From Candidatus Doudnabacteria bacterium (GTDB taxonomy: Bacteria > Patescibacteriota > Doudnabacteria > UBA920): 64,000 nucleotides of DNA. Every line of letters begins with the position of its first letter. The first letter of the stretch is position 1. The notes under the pieces are model-generated. The model did no database searches. It was not told where the DNA came from and saw nothing but the letters and a program-made list of their open reading frames with translations. Both the position numbers and the translations under genes were made by a program. Of the stretch, positions 57,908 to 64,000 are shown in pieces. The stretch covers positions 139,915 to 203,914 of the forward strand of contig CAWINB010000001.1 of assembly GCA_963837465.1 (NCBI GenBank), given 5' to 3'.

Positions 57908-58837
57908 ATGAATTCATCATTGAAACAACAACCTCTAATAGCGGAGGTCCTTCCTGGCCTCGCCGTGCTGGCGGTTCTCGCTGTATCATATTGCGTCACC
58001 CACCCTCAGCAGCTGAGCGAGCTCTTGCACCTGCCGAGCGCTGGCGTGATCGTGACCGGGATCGGTGTTGGAGGATTCTTTTTATCCTGGATCATCGGGA
58101 CCTTTTTGGACGCGGTTAGAAATGCTTGCGAAGCACTTTTGGACATGCGCTGGCCCATCGACTGGAGTTTCCTGTTTACGGCCTCAGTAGATGAAATCAA
58201 GAAACTCGACGATTCTTTTCTTGCATACTATTTTCTTGACGGGAACTATGTAGCCGGATTTGCCATTCTCCTCATCCTCAAGGGCCTTGGCCTGGTTCAC
58301 ATCCCGCTACTGCCACTCGGTATTGTTTTCCTCATCTTTCTAGCCAATGCCACATTCCTTAGAATCGAAATCAAAAATCTGATAGACCGCCAAAACGAGC
58401 AACGCGGCAATGTAGGGCCTCATTGGCCCCACATTGGGGTCTATACCCGGTTGGCACCGTCGCAGATACACCAGGGTGGAATCGGGGTGATGGCCATTCG
58501 GGACATCAAAGAAGGCACCTCTGTATTTGAACCCGATGACGACGATATGGTCTGGGTTGAGTCTGGGGTCGTAGGCGCATTGCCGGCACAGTTGCGGAAA
58601 CTCTATGACGACTTCGCGGTTATCCACGACCACCGTTACGGATGTCCCCGCAGTTTCAACAAGCTTACAATCGCCTGGTACTTAAATTCATCGAAGAATC
58701 CCAATGTGGCAAGCGATGCGGATTATAAGTTTTATGCAGTTCGTGATATTGCTCAGGGTGAAGAATTGACCGCAGACTACGATACTTATAGCGATGCACC
58801 GGAATCACTTCCAAAAACGCCCGCCAGTGTTGAGTGA
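57908..58837 (+). CDS. Membrane-anchored SET-domain protein
   Basis: 4 to 5 N-terminal TM helices, then SET motifs (GIGVMAIRDIKEGTSVFEP; YLNSSKNPN; EELTADYD). Confidence 0.6.
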   Translation: MNSSLKQQPLIAEVLPGLAVLAVLAVSYCVTHPQQLSELLHLPSAGVIVTGIGVGGFFLSWIIGTFLDAVRNACEALLDMRWPIDWSFLFTASVDEIKKLDDSFLAYYFLDGNYVAGFAILLILKGLGLVHIPLLPLGIVFLIFLANATFLRIEIKNLIDRQNEQRGNVGPHWPHIGVYTRLAPSQIHQGGIGVMAIRDIKEGTSVFEPDDDDMVWVESGVVGALPAQLRKLYDDFAVIHDHRYGCPRSFNKLTIAWYLNSSKNPNVASDADYKFYAVRDIAQGEELTADYDTYSDAPESLPKTPASVE

Positions 58838-59084
58838 GCCAAAAACCTGTAACCATAGGGGCTATTCCAGAATTTCGTCGTTTCGCTGGGATGCCGGCCA
58901 TTCCTTACCCTCTACCTTGAGCCGGTCGTAGATCCTAACGATCACGGCCAGGTACCGCCTGAGGTTGTCGCGGGCAATCCGCAGCTTGTCATCGGTCATG
59001 TGTGGGTAGAGTTTACGGATGTCGTCTAGATTGTCTTCTTCATATGGGACCATTCCGGGAGCCTACAGGAATGTCCCCCGTCTA

Positions 59085-59345
59085 GGCAAGATATCCACCG
59101 CATAAGCAAAGGTTACGGAACTTCCGCCAACTTTTCCCTGTTATTCAAAACCTTTGAGTACTGCTATTCTACTTCTGCCACGATCAAAGCCGCCATGCGG
59201 AAATGTTGTCGCACAGCGTGCTTGATCTAAGAAATAAAATCAGGCCGCAATCTCTTCTGTAGACTCTTGTTTGCGTTGAAGCAAGCTCAGCATCCTGGGC
59301 AGAAGACGCTTCCACGTTCGATGTATGTCCCGTCTCGGGCTACCA
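59085..59345. repeat. R-family repeat, copy 3
   Basis: See copy 1. Confidence 0.7.
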
Positions 59346-59525
59346 CGAGTTTCCGTTATCGAGGGATGTTGAAGCATCAAGCTGCCTAGAAAAGTTCTAG
59401 TCGTTGATGCGTCACAAAATCCAATCAATAGTGTAAGCTCGCAAAAACACGACCAACGTTGATCATGTTTTTGTTAAAATAATTACAAAATTTTAAAATT
59501 GTGGGTTTGACAAACAAGCCAGATT

Positions 59526-59987
59526 TTGGTAAACTATATATACAAAGTGCTATTTCGGCACTTTCTTTTTTTAAGAAACAAAATGCCTAACTCTTTATCA
59601 CAAGTCGCTGTAAAAGAGATTGTTCCTACAGGTCTAACCAAGCTCGACTATGGAACTTTTGACATATTGCTGGAAAAGTCCAATCCCTTTTCTGCCGAGA
59701 ACCCAGTTTTTGATTTAACGGGAATTACCAGGACCAGGAATCACCCTCATATCTGCTTCAGCAAGAAGGCATACCCCCGGAAGCGGCTACAGTCACCCCA
59801 ACAAGGTTTGCGGGATGCCCGGCCACCGAAATTATCGCCAAAAACACTGCCGGAAGGATACCCGGTTGAGGACCAGATGTTCGTAGCCCACGACGGTCTT
59901 GAATATTCAATCAGATATACCGCGCGCGACAATACGACATTCGCAAGGATTGCTTCGTCCTTTGTATTCCTCGCAACTGGTTGTTGA
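59526..59987 (+). pseudogene. Duplicated 3' fragment of the 54409–55070 lipoprotein gene fused to an unrelated 5' leader
   Basis: The last ~45 aa are identical to the lipoprotein (GYPVEDQMFVAHDGLEYSIRYTARDNTTFARIASSFVFLATGC); upstream reading is frame-shifted relative to D1. Confidence 0.5.
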
Positions 59988-60199
59988 CTCTTAGCTTGAT
60001 ACTCCGCTTCACCTTCAAAGGATGATGGCGTTTTCGTGGGGTTGAGTCCGATTAGCCCAGAGCGAAAAGAATTGGCAAGAGCTCAAGATATCCACCGAGC
60101 GGGTCAATTCTTGGAAGTTGAGCCAATGTTTCCCTCCTTTGCAAGCGTCTGAGTTCTTGCTATTCTACTTTTGCCACGATCAAAGCAGCCGCGCAGGGT
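59751..60199. repeat. ~448 bp direct repeat, copy D2 (includes the truncated R copy 4)
   Basis: See D1. Confidence 0.8.
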
Positions 60200-60236
60200 A
60201 CTCTGTGCGCGCGGCAAGCTTGATCGATGAGCAAAC

Positions 60237-60575
60237 TTGGGAGTGGCAAAATCTTTTATGAAAACTATTATAAAAACCGCCCTGTTTAATTCTCTCTCAA
60301 CGGCAGTTTATGTAGCGCTGGTAGGGTCGTTTTTTTACTTAGCCGGGCAAAAAAAATTCGGCGATGGACATACTGTGTTTATCCCTATTTTCCTTTTAAT
60401 GCTCTTGGTATTTTCCGTCGCGCTAACGGGAGCGTTAATTTTTGGCCGGCCCGTGCTTTGGTATTTGGAAGGCAAAAAGCAAGACGCTCTGTCGCTACTG
60501 GTTTATACCTTAGGAAGCTTTTTTATTATCACATTGCTCGCGTTCCTTGGTATGATAATCTTTATACACCCATAG
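60237..60575 (+). CDS. Small three-TM membrane protein
   Basis: 112 aa; host-like AT-rich composition. Confidence 0.45.
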   Translation: MGVAKSFMKTIIKTALFNSLSTAVYVALVGSFFYLAGQKKFGDGHTVFIPIFLLMLLVFSVALTGALIFGRPVLWYLEGKKQDALSLLVYTLGSFFIITLLAFLGMIIFIHP

Positions 60576-60803
60576 TGGATTGGGAAAATTAATTAAGAAC
60601 CTAATTCTTAAATTCCGCCTACGAATTATTTTTTTAAATAGGTTCTATTTTTTTGGGCTAATTGTCAATCGTAAATTGTCAATTGTTGTTTACTCGTGGC
60701 TGGCTTCAGGGAGTTTCAGACTATATTAATTAAACTTAAACTAAAACCCTGCTAATCTTTTGGCCGGATTTTATGGTATCAAGATTACGCTTTTGCAATA
60801 AAT

Positions 60804-63467
60804 TTACTGCAGCCTGGCATCGTTTAAAGTCATCAGCGGGAGCATGGGGAAGGACAGGTCGTAGCTGTTGGCCGGGACTATGTAACCGGCTTGGCCGCCG
60901 TTGCTTAGGAATATGGCCCAGCTTGGGACAGGGATAAGGCCATTGGGAGTGATAAAGTAAACAGTGGAGCCGCTAAGCAACCAGCTGCCGCGGGGGTGGG
61001 CGCCGTCGGCCGTTACCACAATTTTACCGGATAAAGGCAACCCGGAGTTGCTGACAGTTCGCACGTTGGCAAAACTGAAACCCAATCCCAAAAATGCCGG
61101 GGCGTTGGCAAAGGGAGTCTTGGTATTTTGGTAGACAATGGAGATGGTGCCGTTTTCGTTAATCAACTCGCCATTGTTGTATGTAGTGGGCGCGCTGCCG
61201 ACCGCGGGAACAGACAGGCTGGGGGCGCCGGGAATGGTTAAAGAGCCGGCCGGATTTACGGCAAGGGTGAAGTTTAAACTTTGGTTGGTGCCGCCGCTGT
61301 CCGCTACTTCCAGAGTAAAACTGTAACTACCCTCAACGGTTGGCGTGCCCGTAATAAGTCCGCCGGACGAAAGAGTCAGCCCGGCCGGCAAAGCGCCGGA
61401 AGTTAAGGAATAATTATAACTGCCCAAGCCGCCCTGGGCCGCCAGCTGGAAACTGTAACTTTGGTTTAAAGTCGCGGCCGACAGGCTGGCGCTGGTAAAA
61501 CTTACCGAACCCGAACTGGTTGCGGATGTTCCGGTAGTGTTTACCGTTACGTTTAAACTGGCGCAGGCGGAACCGCCCGTTTGGCATATGCTTACGGACG
61601 AACTTCCAAGACTTGTGCCCGTAAGATTAAGCAGTGAACCGCTTAAATTTAAACTGACCACGCCGGGATTGCTGATGCTGGAAATGTAGTAACTGCTGCT
61701 GTTGCCGCCGCTGATAGTAATGCTTTGGCTCTGGCCCACGGTCATTACCGGAGCGCTGTTGCTAAAGCTGATAATTCCCGTGCCCGTAGATGAAGTGCCT
61801 ACTGTTACCAATAAAGTGCTGCAAATGGAACTGTTGCTGTTATCGCAAACACTAACACTGCTTGAACCGGAATTAAGCCCCGTAGTATAAATGTTCGCGC
61901 CCTGTATGGAAACAGCCGCCGCGGAAGGATTGGTATTACTGGAAACGTAATAAGTCCCGCTGCCGCCCGTAATGGTTACCGTGGAACTTTGGTTTTGCGC
62001 CACATTGAGGCTGCTGGGGTTAAGGGTTAAGCCGCTGCCGGACCCGTTGACCGTCACATACAAAGTTCCACAAACAGTGCTTGAGGTCTGGCAAATTGTG
62101 ATGCTGCTGCTGCCGAGATTTTGCCCGACTAAATAAAGTGAGCTTCCGCTCAGGCTCAAGCTGGCAACATTGGCGCTGGAGTTGTTGGAAACAGAATAAG
62201 TGCTGACGCCGTTTGTGGAATAAATGGCAATGCTCTGGCTTTGCCCAATCGTCATTACCGGATTCGGTACGCTAAAACTAATGCCGCCGCTTGAACTGCC
62301 GCTGCTGTTGCTGCCGACTTGGACATAAAGGTAAACACATCCCGAGGAACTGCCTACCGGGCAAATAGTCAGCGTACTGCTGCCGGGAGCCTGGGCGTAA
62401 ACCGTAACGGTTTGGGAGGTCTGGCCGCTTACATTGCTGACGCTGGCGGAAACTTCGGAGGAATTGGAATTGTTGGTAATGGCTACAGCTCCAACAGTAT
62501 TGCTGATCGTGGCGCTGCCTGTGTTGCCGACCGTTAAAGTCAGCGTGTTCGGACTTATACTCATTCCGCCGGAGCCGTTACTTCCCACAGTCACCGTAAC
62601 CGTGCCGCAATAACTTGGGTTGGATTGGCAAATGGTAAGGGTAGAAGTACCCGGCACGCCTCCGGAAAAATAAAGGGTCGACCCGGAAATACTCGGGCTT
62701 GTCACAACGTTGGAATTGGAATTACTGGAAATATAGTAGTTTGAGGAATTGGTGTTGCTCGGGCTGAAAATAGTGATGTTGGAACTTTGGCCGGCTATAA
62801 CAATCGGGTTTTGGTTGCTGAAATTTAATGTAGTGGAACTGCCGCCGTTAACAGATACAAAAATACTGCCGCACTGGCTTGTTGAAGTTGTGGAGCATAC
62901 AGTCACGGTCGTACTGCCGGTAACCTCTCCGGTGATAATAATGGAATCACTGCTGGCAAAAACATTGGCTACCGAACTGTTGGTATTGCCGGTAACGTAA
63001 ACACTGCCGCCGCCGGACGGGGAAGCGGTAACGGTTATACTGCTCGGACTGTTTATGGCAACACTGGTCTGGCTTAAGCTCAGGGTGCCCGAGGCGCAGC
63101 CAGACGCGCAGGTGCCGGGAGGGATTTGCAGGGGCGTGCTCGGGTTTGGAAACGAAACCCCGTTAACCATCACATACAAAAGCACCGGATTGGGACTGCC
63201 GTCAAAATTAATGGTCTGGGACGGACTGGTAAAATTACCGTTGCCGTCGGTACTGCCCAAGCTGGCGCTCTCGGTAAAATTAGAGGCGCTTTGGCGCTGG
63301 AACAAATAAACCGGGGAGCCAGCTCCGGCGCCGCTTATGGATAAAGTTATGGAATTGCCGTTTTGGGTAACCGAAAGCACGGGTGTGGAGGCCAAAGCTA
63401 CCCCCGCTCCTGTCAGCAAAGGAGCCAAAAGAACCGCGGCGGCCAGGATTTTTGTCAATTTTTTCAT
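60804..63467 (-). CDS. Secreted Ser/Thr/Gly-rich surface protein with Ig-like repeats (887 aa)
   Basis: Signal peptide; repeated (S/T)VT(I/V)...GSSSV...C modules; C-terminal region resembles the tail region of the 1797-aa protein. Confidence 0.7.
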   Translation of the reverse strand: MKKLTKILAAAVLLAPLLTGAGVALASTPVLSVTQNGNSITLSISGAGAGSPVYLFQRQSASNFTESASLGSTDGNGNFTSPSQTINFDGSPNPVLLYVMVNGVSFPNPSTPLQIPPGTCASGCASGTLSLSQTSVAINSPSSITVTASPSGGGSVYVTGNTNSSVANVFASSDSIIITGEVTGSTTVTVCSTTSTSQCGSIFVSVNGGSSTTLNFSNQNPIVIAGQSSNITIFSPSNTNSSNYYISSNSNSNVVTSPSISGSTLYFSGGVPGTSTLTICQSNPSYCGTVTVTVGSNGSGGMSISPNTLTLTVGNTGSATISNTVGAVAITNNSNSSEVSASVSNVSGQTSQTVTVYAQAPGSSTLTICPVGSSSGCVYLYVQVGSNSSGSSSGGISFSVPNPVMTIGQSQSIAIYSTNGVSTYSVSNNSSANVASLSLSGSSLYLVGQNLGSSSITICQTSSTVCGTLYVTVNGSGSGLTLNPSSLNVAQNQSSTVTITGGSGTYYVSSNTNPSAAAVSIQGANIYTTGLNSGSSSVSVCDNSNSSICSTLLVTVGTSSTGTGIISFSNSAPVMTVGQSQSITISGGNSSSYYISSISNPGVVSLNLSGSLLNLTGTSLGSSSVSICQTGGSACASLNVTVNTTGTSATSSGSVSFTSASLSAATLNQSYSFQLAAQGGLGSYNYSLTSGALPAGLTLSSGGLITGTPTVEGSYSFTLEVADSGGTNQSLNFTLAVNPAGSLTIPGAPSLSVPAVGSAPTTYNNGELINENGTISIVYQNTKTPFANAPAFLGLGFSFANVRTVSNSGLPLSGKIVVTADGAHPRGSWLLSGSTVYFITPNGLIPVPSWAIFLSNGGQAGYIVPANSYDLSFPMLPLMTLNDARLQ

Positions 63468-63551
63468 AAAATCAGGTTAATGTTTATTTTGGTTTATTAT
63501 AGCATAAATTATACGATAATGGTTGGTTTTTGGTGCGGAACAGCTCATAAA

Positions 63552-63596
63552 AATAAAAAGGATTCCCCTTACAACAAAGGGGAATCCTTTTTATTT
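63552..63596 (-). terminator. Rho-independent terminator after the FMN-reductase-like gene
   Basis: Hairpin aaaggattcccctt-acaaca-aaggggaatccttt followed by a T-tract on the minus strand. Confidence 0.6.
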
Positions 63597-63602
63597 TCAG
63601 GT

Positions 63603-63959
63603 TTATAATTTTCCGGCTAATTGTCCAAGCTTATCCACCATGGCGTTGGCGTTTTTGGCGTGGAAATCCCCGTTAACCAAAACTCCTTTTTCATCAAAGG
63701 CTTGCCAGACAGTGGGGATAAGAACCTGGTCGCGAATATCGTACATTTGCAGTTCCGCGGCCACCTGGCGCAGGTGTTCCGCGGCTCTGGAGCCGCCAGC
63801 GTAACCTCCGTAAGCCACAAAACCCACGGGCTTGCCGTTCCATTGTTTGTAGCCGTAATCAATGGCGTTTTTTAAAACCGAAGAATAACTGTGATTGTAT
63901 TCGGGAGTAATAATTACAAAACCCCGGGCCGCGCTGACTTTTTCCAGCCACTGTTCCAC
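63603..63959 (-). CDS. NAD(P)H-dependent FMN reductase / flavodoxin-like fold protein; N-terminus outside window
   Basis: Flavodoxin-like motifs (GFVAYGGYAGG); ORF runs to the window edge. Confidence 0.55.
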   Translation of the reverse strand: MEQWLEKVSAARGFVIITPEYNHSYSSVLKNAIDYGYKQWNGKPVGFVAYGGYAGGSRAAEHLRQVAAELQMYDIRDQVLIPTVWQAFDEKGVLVNGDFHAKNANAMVDKLGQLAGKL

Positions 63960-64000
63960 TGTCTGGTTGGGATGTTTGCCCGCGCGGTTTTTTACTTCAT

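Noticed and set aside
59526-59987. 153-aa ORF as a bona fide gene
   Set aside because: Its C-terminal third is a verbatim duplicate of the lipoprotein gene end (part of direct repeat D2) joined to an unrelated frame-shifted leader. It is treated as a duplicated fragment.
52480-60235. Possible CRISPR array suggested by recurring repeats
   Set aside because: The repeats are ~230–450 bp, irregularly spaced over kilobases, and contain or flank genes. They are not short regularly spaced direct repeats, and there are no cas genes.

Overview
The window has two very different halves. Positions 1–31500 are a moderately AT-rich (~40–45% GC) housekeeping stretch typical of a small-genome bacterium, probably CPR/Patescibacteria-like. 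Positions ~31600–60235 are a ~29 kb composite accessory region anchored at the 3' end of a tRNA-Glu gene. Two surface-protein genes and a partial reductase gene follow it.

Housekeeping half (1–31500): rplU, recR, dnaB, cysS, a cysteine desulfurase, rpmA, pyrG, rplI, ftsE/ftsX, prfB, gpmI, and a dTTP-supply cluster (tandem-domain ThyX-like, tmk, two dNMP-kinase-like P-loop proteins, dut, dCMP deaminase). Standard genetic code is assumed; RF2 is present as one continuous ORF with no frameshift.

Accessory region (~31600–60235):
- An intact large serine recombinase whose stop lies inside tRNA-Glu, plus an XRE regulator, bracketed by ~120 bp inverted repeats.
- Directly abutting these, a pair of ~357 bp perfect inverted repeats flanking an 11.7 kb segment that carries a conjugation-like module: a TraD/VirD4-like P-loop ATPase, a possible replication-relaxation protein, RadC/JAB, and a 1797-aa beta-helix/Ig-like surface protein with a peptidoglycan-binding tail. 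A (CT)11 tract sits in the promoter region of the giant gene.
- A second serine recombinase with a frameshifted N-terminus.
- A markedly higher-GC (~55–62%) island carrying defense-like cargo: a class-III nucleotidyl cyclase plus a small transmembrane protein (Pycsar-like), an unknown three-gene operon, an RHH–MazF toxin-antitoxin pair, an Abi-like protein, a membrane SET-domain protein, and an M23 peptidase. The island is structured by ~450 bp direct repeats and a ~230 bp repeat family.

Other observations elsewhere in the window:
- An IS630 element with a TA target-site duplication.
- tRNA-Trp and tRNA-Thr.
- An in-frame GC-rich palindromic insertion inside prfB.
- A four-helix-bundle gene bounded by 29 bp inverted repeats, inserted between ftsE and ftsX.
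- Several families of intergenic palindromic elements.
- A frameshifted ABC exporter.
- A decayed kinase-like pseudogene.
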